Under the pieces are notes generated by a model. The model did not search any database. It was not told where the DNA came from and saw only the letters and a list, made by a program, of their open reading frames with translations. From an uncultured bacterium (GTDB lineage Bacteria > Patescibacteriota > Minisyncoccia > Phycocordibacterales > GWA1-40-21): a DNA stretch of 64,000 nt. Of this stretch, positions 37,149-46,983 are shown one piece after another (the stretch's first letter is position 1; every line of letters begins with the position of its first letter). The DNA lies in assembly GCA_963804975.1 (NCBI GenBank), contig CAWDSG010000002.1:494224-558223 (forward strand), read 5' to 3'. Position numbers and translations under genes: made by a program.

Positions 37149-38006
37149 TTATTTCTTCAAAATAGAAATCGCATCCCGTATTGCGCTTGCGGGAGCAAAT
37201 AGATTATCTCCGCTTGAATATGTTGATTTTATTCCCGCAAGCTCGCCGGAAAGATTGAACAAAAGCCCGCCGGATATTAGATTGCTGCTCGGAACACTTG
37301 TTTGCATTGAGATGACGATTGTTTGGATTTGCGGAGTCGTTGATGCCGCCGTGGAAGAAGCGGAAATATCTTTTGTATTTAAACTTGAAATGATTCCCGT
37401 CGCTACAACATTTTTTGTTTGCCCTCCGATATAAACTATTGCTTGGCCGAGCTGCAAATCGTTGCTTGCAAGCGCAACGCTAGACAATGCGGGAGTGCTC
37501 GTGCCATTTATATTTATTTTCAAAAGAGCGACTTTCTGGCTCGGATCTACCTCCATAATGGATAGATCATATGATATCCCGTCATTTGTTTTCATAAAAT
37601 ATTTTCCATCCGTAAATATAATTCCGTTGTCCGTTGCTATAGTTCCGTCATTTGATACGACAACGCCGATTCCGACAAAATCGGCCACGGCAAGACCCGT
37701 GTTCTGATCCACGCCTCTTTCATATATTCTGACAATGCTTCCAGTATTTTTATTTATGGCGCTCACAACCTGATCATCTTCGCTCACAACAACCGTTTCT
37801 TTGATAGTTGTCTGATTATTCTTTGACGGAGTTGATGTTGCAACCACGGTCTCTATCGTTTTTTCTACAACGCGGTTGATCGTCTGACTGACGCCGATCG
37901 GCGCCTGATTCATCAAAGCCACGGTCACAATTCCGGTAGCAATAGAAGTGATGAAACTTACAAGAAGCGTCAGAAGCACTATTTGATGTTTAGTGAGATT
38001 TTCCAT
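37149..38006 (-). CDS. membrane-anchored trypsin-like (HtrA/S1C-like) protease domain protein, possibly degenerate
   Basis: N-terminal TM helix. ISGGLLFNLSGELAGI resembles the HtrA GNSGGPLVNLDGEVIGI block. Confidence 0.45.
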   Translation of the reverse strand: MENLTKHQIVLLTLLVSFITSIATGIVTVALMNQAPIGVSQTINRVVEKTIETVVATSTPSKNNQTTIKETVVVSEDDQVVSAINKNTGSIVRIYERGVDQNTGLAVADFVGIGVVVSNDGTIATDNGIIFTDGKYFMKTNDGISYDLSIMEVDPSQKVALLKININGTSTPALSSVALASNDLQLGQAIVYIGGQTKNVVATGIISSLNTKDISASSTAASTTPQIQTIVISMQTSVPSSNLISGGLLFNLSGELAGIKSTYSSGDNLFAPASAIRDAISILKK

Positions 38007-38036
38007 AATTATATTGAATAATAAGCCAAAACCTGT

Positions 38037-39206
38037 CTATTTGCAAATTTTGAATAATTCGTTCAAGAGATATTTTATATGCTTCATTTTTGTTTCTCTG
38101 CCGAGAGAAAATCTCAAAACCGATTTGGCTCGTGCGTCAATTTCTTTTGCAGATAAATTTGCTCTTTCGCTTATTCTTCTGACAACTTCTGATTCGCCCG
38201 AACCGGAAGCGCAAGCGCTTGCCGAAGAACAAACAATCCCCATTTCATCAAGGCGCAGCACCATCATTTCGCCATCCTGTCCGGGAATTGAAATATTGAT
38301 GTTGTTTGGCAAGCGATTTTTCAAATCGCCGTTTATTATAGCTTCCGGGACGAATTTTTTGACGAAGTCAAAAAATTCGTCTCTCATCTGTGCAACTTTA
38401 ACACTTTCTTTTTCTTTCACCTCTTCATTTATCTCCATCGCTTTTGCAAATCCGACAATCAACGGCACATTTTCCGTCCCGCTCCTTCTTCCTGCTTCCT
38501 GCCCTCCGCCAAAAATAATCGGAGAAATTTTTACTCCGTCTCGCACATAAAGTGCGCCAATTCCTTTCGGTCCGTAAATTTTCTGTGCATCAAGCGTCAT
38601 CAAATCCACTCCGAGTTCTTCAACGTTTAAATTCAAATATTGCGCCGCTGCCGAAGCGTCTGTATGAAAATAAGGGTAATCGATTCTTTCTATGCCAAAT
38701 TCTTTTCGCGCATAGCGAATTTCTTTTATAATTTCCTTTATCGGCTGGATTGTTCCGATTTCACTATTTGCATATCCGATTGAAACAAGAACGGTTTCCG
38801 GTTTTATTAAATCTCGCAAATCCTTAGGATTTATCAGACCGTTTTCATCAACTTTCAAATAATCAACTTTAAAACCTCGCCTTTCCAATTCTTTGAAACA
38901 TTCCAGAATTGAGCTGTGTTCAATTTCCGTAGTTATAAAATGCGCTTTTTTATCAGAAATCAAGCCAAAAATCGCTAAGTTATTCGCTTCTGTTCCGCCG
39001 GAAGTAAAAATAATTTCCCTGTCGTGCGCAGACAAAATATCCGCGATTTTTTTCCTCGCTTCTTGTACTGCTTTTTTCGCTTCCACACTCATTTTGTGGA
39101 TTGAACTCGGATTTCCAAAATCCTTCGCCCAATATCTTTTCATTGCCTTAATTACCCTTTTATCGGTAGGTGTAGTCGCTGCATTATCCAAATAAATTTT
39201 CCTCAT
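38037..39206 (-). CDS. cysteine desulfurase (class V aminotransferase, IscS/NifS-like)
   Basis: MRKIYLDNAATTP start, SGGTEANN and a PLP-lysine region. The ORF track start at 39386 is a 60-codon upstream extension that is unlikely to be used. Confidence 0.85.
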   Translation of the reverse strand: MRKIYLDNAATTPTDKRVIKAMKRYWAKDFGNPSSIHKMSVEAKKAVQEARKKIADILSAHDREIIFTSGGTEANNLAIFGLISDKKAHFITTEIEHSSILECFKELERRGFKVDYLKVDENGLINPKDLRDLIKPETVLVSIGYANSEIGTIQPIKEIIKEIRYARKEFGIERIDYPYFHTDASAAAQYLNLNVEELGVDLMTLDAQKIYGPKGIGALYVRDGVKISPIIFGGGQEAGRRSGTENVPLIVGFAKAMEINEEVKEKESVKVAQMRDEFFDFVKKFVPEAIINGDLKNRLPNNINISIPGQDGEMMVLRLDEMGIVCSSASACASGSGESEVVRRISERANLSAKEIDARAKSVLRFSLGRETKMKHIKYLLNELFKICK

Positions 39207-39270
39207 TGGAAATGAATATAACAAGTTAGAAAGATATTTACAACAATGCAAAAAAATATATAATAGAGAT

Positions 39271-39732
39271 ATGACTTTCGATATATACACAATTGCCGGA
39301 GTCGCGATAATAATTTTACTTCTCTTCTTTTGGATTATTCGCCTTGAAATAAAGCTGCGAAAGCTTCTCGGAAAAAGAAATGGCACTTTGGATGAATCGA
39401 TAGATACTCTCAGAAAAGATGCGGATTATATGAAAAATTATTCGGAAAAAGCCACGGAAAGATTGAATTTGATAGAAAAAAGGTTGAAAAAAACCATTTC
39501 CGGAAATCAAACCGTGAGATTCAATCCTTTCAAAGGCGATGGCTCAGGAGGCAATCAAAGCTTCTCCACAGCTCTTATTGATAGCGAAGGCGACGGTGTT
39601 GTCATATCAAGCATGTATTCCCGAGATCATGTGAGTGTCTTTGGAAAACCCGTAAAAAACCTTAAATCTGAATACGAATTGAGCACAGAAGAAAAAACTG
39701 CCTTGCAAAAAGCCAAAGAAAGTATAATATAA
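39271..39732 (+). CDS. hypothetical membrane protein (N-terminal TM, coiled coil)
   Basis: ORF divergent from the desulfurase gene. No confident family assignment. Confidence 0.45.
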   Translation: MTFDIYTIAGVAIIILLLFFWIIRLEIKLRKLLGKRNGTLDESIDTLRKDADYMKNYSEKATERLNLIEKRLKKTISGNQTVRFNPFKGDGSGGNQSFSTALIDSEGDGVVISSMYSRDHVSVFGKPVKNLKSEYELSTEEKTALQKAKESII

Positions 39733-39850
39733 AGGCTCGCTAATAATAACTTTTCCAGAGCACGGATATTTTCTTGCTAGAAAATTCCTCGTGCTCGCGC
39801 CGTCGCGCTCCCAAGTCTCTGTAAAAGCTATTATTAGCTCGCCTGAAAAA
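39733..39850. repeat. MITE-like palindromic element, copy C2 (inverted relative to C1)
   Basis: TIRs AGGCTCGCTAATAATAACTTTTCCAGAG / CTCTGTAAAAGCTATTATTAGCTCGCCT. The centre is ATTTTCTTGCTAGAAAAT plus GTGCTCGCGCCGTCGCGCTCC. Confidence 0.6.
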
Positions 39851-39897
39851 TACGAATCAAATCGTGAAATACCACACAAACAAAATTAAAAATTACC

Positions 39898-41424
39898 ATG
39901 GAAAAAAATGCCTCAAACAGCATAGTGAAGCGTTCTCCCGTTGTCTGCGTAATGGGGCATATTGATCATGGAAAATCCACTCTCCTGGATTATATTAGAA
40001 AAACCAATATCGCGGAAAGTGAAGCTGGCGGAATCACCCAGAGAATTTCAGCTTATGAGGTTCTCCATAAAACTCCCGAGGGTAAAACAGAAAAAATAAC
40101 TTTTCTTGATACTCCGGGACACGAGGCGTTTAGTGCAATGAGAATATCGGGAACAACCGTTGCCGATGTCGCAGTGCTTGTTGTTTCCGCCGAAGACGGC
40201 GTCAAAAAACAAACTCTTGAAGCGTTTAAAGCCATAAATGACAGCAAACTCCCTTTTGTTGTGGCAATATCAAAAATAGACAAACCGGGGGCAAATATAG
40301 AAAAAACAAAAAGCAGCTTGATTGAAAATGGAATTTACATAGAAGGATACGGCGGAAGCGTCCCATATGTCCCAATTTCTTCAAAAACCGGGAAGGGAAT
40401 CCCGGAACTTATGGATATGATACTTCTTGTCGCGGAAATGGCTGAACTGAAAGGCGACACAAAAAAACTGGCGGAAGGAATGATCATAGAAGCCCGCATG
40501 GACAAGCAGAAAGGCATAACAGCCGTGCTTATAATAAAAAACGGCCATTTGAAAAGCGGAATGTATATTGTCTCGGGAGAAAGCATCACTTCAACGAGAA
40601 TGATGGAGGATTTTTTGGGTAAAAAAATAAAAGAAGCGTCATTCTCCTCTCCCGTCAGAGTTATCGGTTTTGATAAATTGCCGAAAGTCGGAAGGCCTTT
40701 CAAGAGTTTCAAAAGCAAAAAGGAAGCGGAGAAATTTATTGAGACAAAAAAAGAAAATCAAAAAACAATTTCTTCTGTAAAAAAATCAAAATCCGATGAG
40801 TCCACTGAAAATCTTGATAAAGTCCTGATACGAATCGTGATAAAAGCCGAAGTTGCCGGCGCAATAGACGCAATAGAGCATGAAATAAATAAAATAAAAA
40901 ACGATAAAGTAAAAATTAAAATAATCAGCACCGGAATCGGAAATATTTCGGAAAATGACGTTAAGCTCGCTTCAGGAAGAAATCCCGCAACAATACTTGG
41001 TTTTGATGTAGGCATAGATTTATCAGCGAAGGATTTAGCGGAAAGATTTAATGTGCAAATAAAAAACTTTGATATAATCTACAAGATTTCCGAGTGGCTC
41101 GCGGAAGAAGTAGCGAATAAAACCCCGAAAGTCATGGTGGAAGAAACCACTGCTGAAGCGAAGGTTTTGAAATTTTTCAGCACAATGAAGGATAAGCACA
41201 TTATCGGCGCAAGAGTTGAGAAAGGAACCATCTTCATAGGAGAAGATGTAAAAATAATGCGCAAGGGCGTTGAAATAGGCAGAGGAAAGATAAGGGATCT
41301 GGAAAAAGATAAAAATAAGATCGGAGAAGCACGCGAAGGAGTGGAGTTCGGCTGCCAATTCCAGTCCGACATCGTCCCCGCTCCCGGAGACAAATTGGAA
41401 ATATTTAAGATTATGGAAAAGTAG
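39898..41424 (+). CDS. infB: translation initiation factor IF-2 (short form without the N-terminal domain)
   Basis: GHIDHGKST…DTPGHEAF G-domain followed by IF-2 domains II to IV. Only 508 aa. Confidence 0.9.
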   Translation: MEKNASNSIVKRSPVVCVMGHIDHGKSTLLDYIRKTNIAESEAGGITQRISAYEVLHKTPEGKTEKITFLDTPGHEAFSAMRISGTTVADVAVLVVSAEDGVKKQTLEAFKAINDSKLPFVVAISKIDKPGANIEKTKSSLIENGIYIEGYGGSVPYVPISSKTGKGIPELMDMILLVAEMAELKGDTKKLAEGMIIEARMDKQKGITAVLIIKNGHLKSGMYIVSGESITSTRMMEDFLGKKIKEASFSSPVRVIGFDKLPKVGRPFKSFKSKKEAEKFIETKKENQKTISSVKKSKSDESTENLDKVLIRIVIKAEVAGAIDAIEHEINKIKNDKVKIKIISTGIGNISENDVKLASGRNPATILGFDVGIDLSAKDLAERFNVQIKNFDIIYKISEWLAEEVANKTPKVMVEETTAEAKVLKFFSTMKDKHIIGARVEKGTIFIGEDVKIMRKGVEIGRGKIRDLEKDKNKIGEAREGVEFGCQFQSDIVPAPGDKLEIFKIMEK

Positions 41425-41425
41425 G

Positions 41426-41755
41426 ATGCCAGCAAGCAGAAGTGAAAAAATAATAAAAATAATAAAAAGCGCCGCAGCAGAATTCTTGCAAAGAGAATCA
41501 AACGGCGCCTCGCTTATTACTGTTACTGACGCGAAACTTTCAAATGATGAAAAATATGCTACTATTCTTTTTACTGTTTTGCCGGAGGAAAAACAGGATT
41601 CAGCCCTTGAATTCGCCAAAAGAATGCGTTCCGAGTTCAGGGAATATGTGAAAAATAATACCAAGCTAGGCAGAATTCCAATGTTTGATTTTGGGATAGA
41701 TCTGGGCGAAAAACATAGACAAAAGATAGATTTGATATCTTTGAAAAGCAAATAA
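41426..41755 (+). CDS. rbfA: ribosome-binding factor A
   Basis: 109 aa, KH-like RbfA pattern, directly downstream of infB in the conserved gene order. Confidence 0.75.
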   Translation: MPASRSEKIIKIIKSAAAEFLQRESNGASLITVTDAKLSNDEKYATILFTVLPEEKQDSALEFAKRMRSEFREYVKNNTKLGRIPMFDFGIDLGEKHRQKIDLISLKSK

Positions 41756-41827
41756 GGCCCAGTAGCCAAGTGGTAAGGCAGAGATCTGCAAAATCTCTAT
41801 GCGGCGGTTCAATTCCGCCCTGGGCCT
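41756..41827 (+). tRNA. tRNA-Cys (GCA)
   Basis: GGCCCAGTAGCCAAGTGGTAAGGC…GAGAT-CTGCAAA-ATCTC…GGCGG-TTCAATT-CCGCC-CTGGGCC-T. Confidence 0.85.
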
Positions 41828-41864
41828 CAGAAATATCGGCACTGATATTTCGGCGAAATTGTTT

Positions 41865-41949
41865 GCCTGGGTGGTGGAACTGGTATACACGCAACACTTA
41901 AAATGTTGTCTGCTTAACGCGGATGCGGGTTCGATTCCCGCCCCAGGCA
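41865..41949 (+). tRNA. tRNA-Leu (TAA), class II
   Basis: GCCTGGGTGGTGGAACTGGTA…CAACA-CTTAAAA-TGTTG, a long variable arm and GCGGG-TTCGATT-CCCGC. Confidence 0.85.
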
Positions 41950-41960
41950 CAATTCATAAA

Positions 41961-41985
41961 AAGCCTATAAATATAGGCTTTTTAT
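41961..41985 (+). terminator. intrinsic terminator after the tRNA-Cys/Leu cluster
   Basis: AGCCTAT…ATAGGCT hairpin plus TTTTT. Confidence 0.6.
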
Positions 41986-42001
41986 AATACTCCAATTTTT
42001 C

Positions 42002-42030
42002 TTGACAAAAAGTCATAAATATGCTATCAT
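42002..42030 (+). promoter_or_regulatory. sigma70-like promoter TTGACA-N17-TATCAT for the lipoprotein gene
   Basis: Consensus hexamers. A GGAGG Shine-Dalgarno lies before the ATG at 42064. Confidence 0.65.
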
Positions 42031-42063
42031 CTTAACGTAAATACATCAAAAACGGAGGTACGT

Positions 42064-42405
42064 ATGAAAAAATTGATGGTGTTGTTTGTTATTTGTACAA
42101 TAGCTTTGTCCAGTATTGGTTGTTTTGAAACCAATAACAACGAAGAAAACAGTTCTTTTTTTGAGAAACCAATTGTCGGGAATTTTCGGCCAGATCTCAC
42201 CTTTAAGGTTATCTCTCCTGTAGAGAAGGTAAATGGCATGGAAATTGGACGGGTGTTAATTAAATCCGTCGAAATGAGGGAGATGAGATCGGCGTTAGTC
42301 GTTCCTCCAACTCGAAATCTCCCGATTGGTTCACAAGTTCAGTTGTTGGTTTTAAAATACAAACAAGGCCGTATTGATGAACCTTGGATTCTAGTTGTTA
42401 AGTAA
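42064..42405 (+). CDS. small lipoprotein, hypothetical
   Basis: Lipobox-like LSSIGC after a signal peptide. Confidence 0.55.
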   Translation: MKKLMVLFVICTIALSSIGCFETNNNEENSSFFEKPIVGNFRPDLTFKVISPVEKVNGMEIGRVLIKSVEMREMRSALVVPPTRNLPIGSQVQLLVLKYKQGRIDEPWILVVK

Positions 42406-42424
42406 TTGGAACACTGTGTTTCCG

Positions 42425-42458
42425 AAAGCCCCTTGCAAAATCGCTTGGGGCTTTTTTA
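42425..42458. terminator. bidirectional terminator between the lipoprotein gene and glmS
   Basis: AAAGCCCC…GGGGCTTT hairpin plus T6. Confidence 0.6.
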
Positions 42459-44279
42459 TTACTCCACCGTCACGCTCTTTGCCAAATTTCTCGGCCTATC
42501 AACATTGTGCCCTTTTTCAACGGCAAAATAATATGCGAAAAGCTGAAGCGGTATTATAGATAAGATCGGCGAAAGAATATCAATTGTTTTTGGTATTGAA
42601 ATGATATTGTCGGCAATCTTACTTACATTTTTATCTCCTTCGCTCACTAAAGCCAACACATTGCCTTTGCGGGCCTTTATTTCCTGGATATTTGAAAACA
42701 TTTTTTCATATACATTATCGTCAAGGCAAATTGCAACCGTCGGAAAGTCTTCTGTAATCATTGCAAGCGGACCGTGTTTCATCTCCCCCGCAGAGCACCC
42801 TTCAGCATGAACATAAGAAACTTCTTTGAGTTTAAGCGCACCTTCATAAGCGATTGGGTTGTTATATTTTCTGCCGATAAAAAGAAAATCCTTGAATTTT
42901 CCATATTTTTTGGCCAATGATTTTATCTTATCTTTTTCCTTGAGAATTTTTTCAATCTTTTTTGGCATCGCTTCAAGTTCCGTCAGTATATCTCTGCCTT
43001 CCGATATGGACATTTTTCTTTGTCTGCCGAGAAATACGGTTAGCATCGCTAGTGCGACGAGTTGGGAAACAAAAGCTTTTGTTGAAGCAACGCCGATTTC
43101 CGGCCCTGCATGATTATAAATTCCTGCATCAGTTTCGCGTGCAATCGTAGAACCAACCACATTTACAATACCGATCGTCAGTGCTCCTTTTCTTTTTGCT
43201 TCTCTTATTGCTTCGAGCGTGTCCGCTGTTTCGCCCGATTGAGATATTGCGAGCAAAAGTGTTTCTTTATCTATTATTGAATTCCTGTATCTAAATTCTG
43301 ATCCGACTTCCACTTCGGTCGGAATTCCGGCATATTCTTCTATCATGTACTCGCCAACAAGCCCAGCATAATATGCCGTACCGCATCCGACAATTATAAT
43401 TCTTTTTATTTTTTCAAGCTTGTTTGCAACAGATTCAAGCCCGCCAAGCTTTACAAGGCCTTTTTGCGATAAAATTCTTCCGCGAATGGTATTTTCTACG
43501 ACTTCCGGCTCTTCCATTATTTCTTTCAGCATAAAATGCTTGAAACCTCCTTTTTGAATTTGATCCGCTTTCCATTCAATATTTTCCGGCATTCTGTTTA
43601 TCTTCAAATTATTTAAGGAAAAAATATCATGGCTTCCCGATGTCAGAACGGCGACATCGCCATCTTGAAGATAAATGACTTGCTTTGTGTGCCGTAAAAT
43701 CGGCGAAGCATCGGAAGCAACAAATCTTTCGTTTTCTCCAATACCGAGCACAACAGGAGCTCCCATTCTTGCAGCAATGATTTTATTTGGCTCTTTTTTA
43801 AAAGAAAAAACAATTCCATAAGTTCCGCGAACTTCCTTTAGCGCAGAGATGACGGCTTTTTCAAAATTTTTGATTTTTTTGAAATGCTCTTCCACCAAAT
43901 GCGACAGCACTTCCGTGTCAGTGTCTGATTTGAAACGGTGGCCTTTTTGTATCAATTTTTTCTTGAGTTCTTTATAATTTTCAATAATACCGTTGTGAAC
44001 CACCCAGAAATTACCTTTGCAATCTGAGTGCGGATGAGCATTTTCTTCCGTCGGTTCCCCGTGAGTCGCCCAGCGCAAGTGAGCAATTCCGCTTTTGCCT
44101 TTTAATTTGCTTGTGATTTTTTCTCGCAATTTATCCACCGCTCCGACAGATTTAACTGAACCAGATTCAGGCAAATAAACACCGACGGAATCATATCCTC
44201 TATATTCAAGAGAAATCAGGCCATCAATAATTATAGGCAAAGCTTCTTTTTCTCCGACATATGAAAAAATTCCACACAT
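42459..44279 (-). CDS. glmS: glutamine--fructose-6-phosphate aminotransferase
   Basis: MCGIF N-terminal nucleophile, two SIS domains and a C-terminal …VTVE. Confidence 0.95.
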   Translation of the reverse strand: MCGIFSYVGEKEALPIIIDGLISLEYRGYDSVGVYLPESGSVKSVGAVDKLREKITSKLKGKSGIAHLRWATHGEPTEENAHPHSDCKGNFWVVHNGIIENYKELKKKLIQKGHRFKSDTDTEVLSHLVEEHFKKIKNFEKAVISALKEVRGTYGIVFSFKKEPNKIIAARMGAPVVLGIGENERFVASDASPILRHTKQVIYLQDGDVAVLTSGSHDIFSLNNLKINRMPENIEWKADQIQKGGFKHFMLKEIMEEPEVVENTIRGRILSQKGLVKLGGLESVANKLEKIKRIIIVGCGTAYYAGLVGEYMIEEYAGIPTEVEVGSEFRYRNSIIDKETLLLAISQSGETADTLEAIREAKRKGALTIGIVNVVGSTIARETDAGIYNHAGPEIGVASTKAFVSQLVALAMLTVFLGRQRKMSISEGRDILTELEAMPKKIEKILKEKDKIKSLAKKYGKFKDFLFIGRKYNNPIAYEGALKLKEVSYVHAEGCSAGEMKHGPLAMITEDFPTVAICLDDNVYEKMFSNIQEIKARKGNVLALVSEGDKNVSKIADNIISIPKTIDILSPILSIIPLQLFAYYFAVEKGHNVDRPRNLAKSVTVE

Positions 44280-44310
44280 GAGATGAGTATAGCAAATTTT
44301 TAAAAATTTG

Positions 44311-44391
44311 TGGGCGGGAGAGGACTTGAACCTCCATGCCTTGCGGCACTAGCTCCTAAGGCTAGCGTGTCTACCATTTCACCACCCGCCC
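44311..44391 (-). tRNA. tRNA-Leu (TAG), class II
   Basis: The reverse complement reads GGGCGGGTGGTGAAATGGTAGACAC…CTAGC-CTTAGGA-GCTAG with a long variable arm and GGAGG-TTCAAGT-CCTCT. Confidence 0.8.
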
Positions 44392-44414
44392 AATAATAAA
44401 TATTGCAATATCTG

Positions 44415-44500
44415 CAATTTGTGGTCACAAGTATTTTCTTGCTAGAAAATCTCGCGACCCCGCCTCGGCACGTCTGCCTCCGGCTCGCACATTGCGAAAG
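44415..44500. repeat. MITE-like element related copy C4 in the tRNA-Lys/tRNA-Leu spacer
   Basis: ATTTTCTTGCTAGAAAAT plus CTCGCGACCCCGCCTCGGCACG…GGCTCGC. The adjacent 13-bp inverted repeat CGCACATTGCGAA / TTCGCAATGTGCG reaches into the tRNA-Lys 3' end. Confidence 0.5.
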
Positions 44501-44546
44501 AAAATCGCTTAAAAAATAATATGGTGATTTTCAATTATTCGCAATG

Positions 44547-44618
44547 TGCGCCCAGTTGGAATCGAACCAACGACCTTTTGCTTAAGAGGCAATTGCTCTA
44601 CCGACTGAGCTATGGGCG
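44547..44618 (-). tRNA. tRNA-Lys (CTT)
   Basis: The reverse complement reads GCGCCCATAGCTCAGTCGGTAGAGC with anticodon loop CTCTTAA and GTTGG-TTCGATT-CCAAC. Confidence 0.8.
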
Positions 44619-44712
44619 CAAGAACAGACATCAAAATAACAGAAAATTTGAGAAAAATCAATTTAAACAAAAACCGCCTCTCGACAGTTTTTGTTTTTAA
44701 AATTTTATATAT

Positions 44713-46983
44713 TTATATAATCTCGCACATTCCTCCGGCGCAGGCAAGCTCCTTGGCGCCGTTTGTCAGATCTTCCTGCTCGTATGTCATCAGTTTTGAA
44801 AAATCCAAATATCCTAGCATTTTCTTGCGGCGCTCGTATTCATCTTTTGTTATTTCTTCATAAGGCGCAAGCTGATACACATGATTGTCGCGCGGCAAAA
44901 ATGAAAGCCCGCCGACAATATTCCAATTTTCATAAATAAAATTTGCCACTGAAATCCATTCGTTGTCGGCAACATAAACGGTTACGGACGGATTATGTTC
45001 CGTAAAATGCAGCTTTAATCGCTTCCATTCGGCAAGCATATTGAGCGCGCTGACATCTTTGTTCACAAGCGCTCCTTCCGGAGCTTTGCATGGAAACTCA
45101 AGCACCATTGTGGAAGCATTGGATGTGGAGTATCCGACTTCCGGATGCGCCGGCACACCCTGATCTTTTGCAAGCCGAAGCAAAGGGTCGTTTGCGGAAA
45201 CTCGCACGCGGCGAATATAATATTTTGAATACCATGTGTGCATGCCTGAACCAACGGCAAGCAGTTGCCCTGAATTGCCGTGCGGTTTGACACAAGTAAT
45301 CGCAGTAGATGGATTTGTGCCCAATCGTTTCGCGTATTTTTTGTTCACTGCGATTCCTTCATCACGAAGCATGGCAAGATGCTTGTCATTGCGAATGATT
45401 TCATTGTCAAAATAGCCGGTAATGGAGACCCCGAGCAATTGCTCTTTCCTGCAGTTCTCGCCCCATTCTTTGGAAAGATAGGGAAAATGGGTCAATACCG
45501 CCTGATAAGTGCCGAGAATTGTAGCTATGCGCATTTTACGCTTGAGATCGGCAAGAGTATCCTCCGGACGCACAACTATAGAGGTCAAATTGCAGAATTG
45601 TTTCGATTGAAGGTAAATTTCGCCGCACGGATTGAGCCCAACTTGTTTCTTATCCTTAATTACATTCCATCTGCGTTTCGGCACCTGGCTTTCAAGACTT
45701 CCGCGATTGAATATGCCTCTTTCTCCGGAATGAGACGAGACGAGCGCCGACCATTCATCAAGAAATTCTTCGGCAGACGGCTTGGTTTCGTATACGGCGG
45801 AATTGTTTGCCATGGATCTTTGTCCTTCTGTCTGCCAGAACGCGCCTTTTTTGGCATCGCGCATATCATGGTCGTCAAACGCTGAAAGAGAAATGAGTGC
45901 GCTTCTTCTGACGCCGCCCGCAACAACAATCAAACCGATCTGGCAGATGATATCATGGACATCAATTGTGAAAAGCCGGCGTCCTTGCCGGGCAAGCATT
46001 TTTCTGCGCGTAAATTGCATCAGCTCGCGCAGCGGATCCGGACCCGATGCTCTGCCACCCATAGTTAAAAGTCGCGCTCCGGTTGGACGAATTTTTGAAT
46101 AATCAATATCAATATCAAGCCCGTTCTCCCAAGCTTCGCATGCCGATACGAATGCGTTGCACCATCCTTCTTTGCTGTCTTCAACGACAATTGTCGGCGC
46201 TTTCTTCCCAGTTTGTTTTTGAATTTGCGGAAATTTTTCAACGTTGTCCGGCTCAACGGAAAAACCGCATCCGGCTCCGCACATTGAAATATACATTATC
46301 TCCGACAGATCTCTCCACGATACCGGAGCAATGTACGCGCAATTGTACGCGCAGACATTGGATTTGCGGCATGCATCACCGGCAGACCACAGAAGCCGCA
46401 TGGACGGACAAACTTCCTGATTGAGTATCGCTGTCCGTATCTCCGCATATTCAGTTGGCGTAAGCTTCCCGTTAATATTTTCTTTCATGTAATCCATGAA
46501 GCGGTCTATCGCCTCTTCCCATGTTTCCCTTCTGCGAAGATCATCGCGCCATCTGGAATATGACAGATAGAAAATAAATTCTTGATACGGTCCGCGGAAA
46601 TATTTGCTGCTGTCGGAAATTTTTTTGCGCACATCGGGAGGAACAGAAAGGCCGATGGCCCGAAGTTTGTTCCTTTCCTGCCTGTAAAGAATGTATTCCT
46701 TCGCCGATTTTACGTACTCGGAAAGAATGAGTTCCTTCTCAACGATATCTTGGATTCCTTCCACATCCGGCAAAAAGTCCTTGAATTTCTTGGCGATTCT
46801 GACAAGTTCAGCCAAAACTTTGTTTGCAACAAGCTCGGCTTCCTCGGAAGATCCTTCCCCGACAATTTTCATCGCCTTATAAATCGCTCCGCTGATTTTT
46901 GAAAGGTCAAAACGGACTATGTCGCCGTCCCTTTTTTTAATTTTGTCTATCAGATGCGCTCTGCCGTTGCCTGTTTTTACCAT
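44713..46983 (-). CDS. ribonucleotide reductase, class II-like (NrdJ-type) with an N-terminal ATP-cone
   Basis: ATP-cone (HLIDKIKKRDGDIVRFDLSKI), the active-site motif NPCGEIYLQSKQFCNLTSI and a C-terminal Cys pair CAGGMCEII. GC content is visibly higher than the neighbouring genes. Confidence 0.7.
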   Translation of the reverse strand: MVKTGNGRAHLIDKIKKRDGDIVRFDLSKISGAIYKAMKIVGEGSSEEAELVANKVLAELVRIAKKFKDFLPDVEGIQDIVEKELILSEYVKSAKEYILYRQERNKLRAIGLSVPPDVRKKISDSSKYFRGPYQEFIFYLSYSRWRDDLRRRETWEEAIDRFMDYMKENINGKLTPTEYAEIRTAILNQEVCPSMRLLWSAGDACRKSNVCAYNCAYIAPVSWRDLSEIMYISMCGAGCGFSVEPDNVEKFPQIQKQTGKKAPTIVVEDSKEGWCNAFVSACEAWENGLDIDIDYSKIRPTGARLLTMGGRASGPDPLRELMQFTRRKMLARQGRRLFTIDVHDIICQIGLIVVAGGVRRSALISLSAFDDHDMRDAKKGAFWQTEGQRSMANNSAVYETKPSAEEFLDEWSALVSSHSGERGIFNRGSLESQVPKRRWNVIKDKKQVGLNPCGEIYLQSKQFCNLTSIVVRPEDTLADLKRKMRIATILGTYQAVLTHFPYLSKEWGENCRKEQLLGVSITGYFDNEIIRNDKHLAMLRDEGIAVNKKYAKRLGTNPSTAITCVKPHGNSGQLLAVGSGMHTWYSKYYIRRVRVSANDPLLRLAKDQGVPAHPEVGYSTSNASTMVLEFPCKAPEGALVNKDVSALNMLAEWKRLKLHFTEHNPSVTVYVADNEWISVANFIYENWNIVGGLSFLPRDNHVYQLAPYEEITKDEYERRKKMLGYLDFSKLMTYEQEDLTNGAKELACAGGMCEII

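Noticed and set aside
36943-37434. 163-aa ORF, and the 90-aa ORF at 39607-39879, sharing the peptide ETWER(V/D)GASTRNFLA(K/R)KYPC
   Set aside because: The shared peptide is a translation of two copies of the MITE-like repeat in the same frame. It also overlaps the protease gene on the other strand.
38037-39386. A 60-codon N-terminal extension of the cysteine desulfurase ORF
   Set aside because: The extension is hydrophobic, low-complexity and unrelated to the enzyme. The conserved N-terminus begins at the internal Met (MRKIYLDNAATTP).
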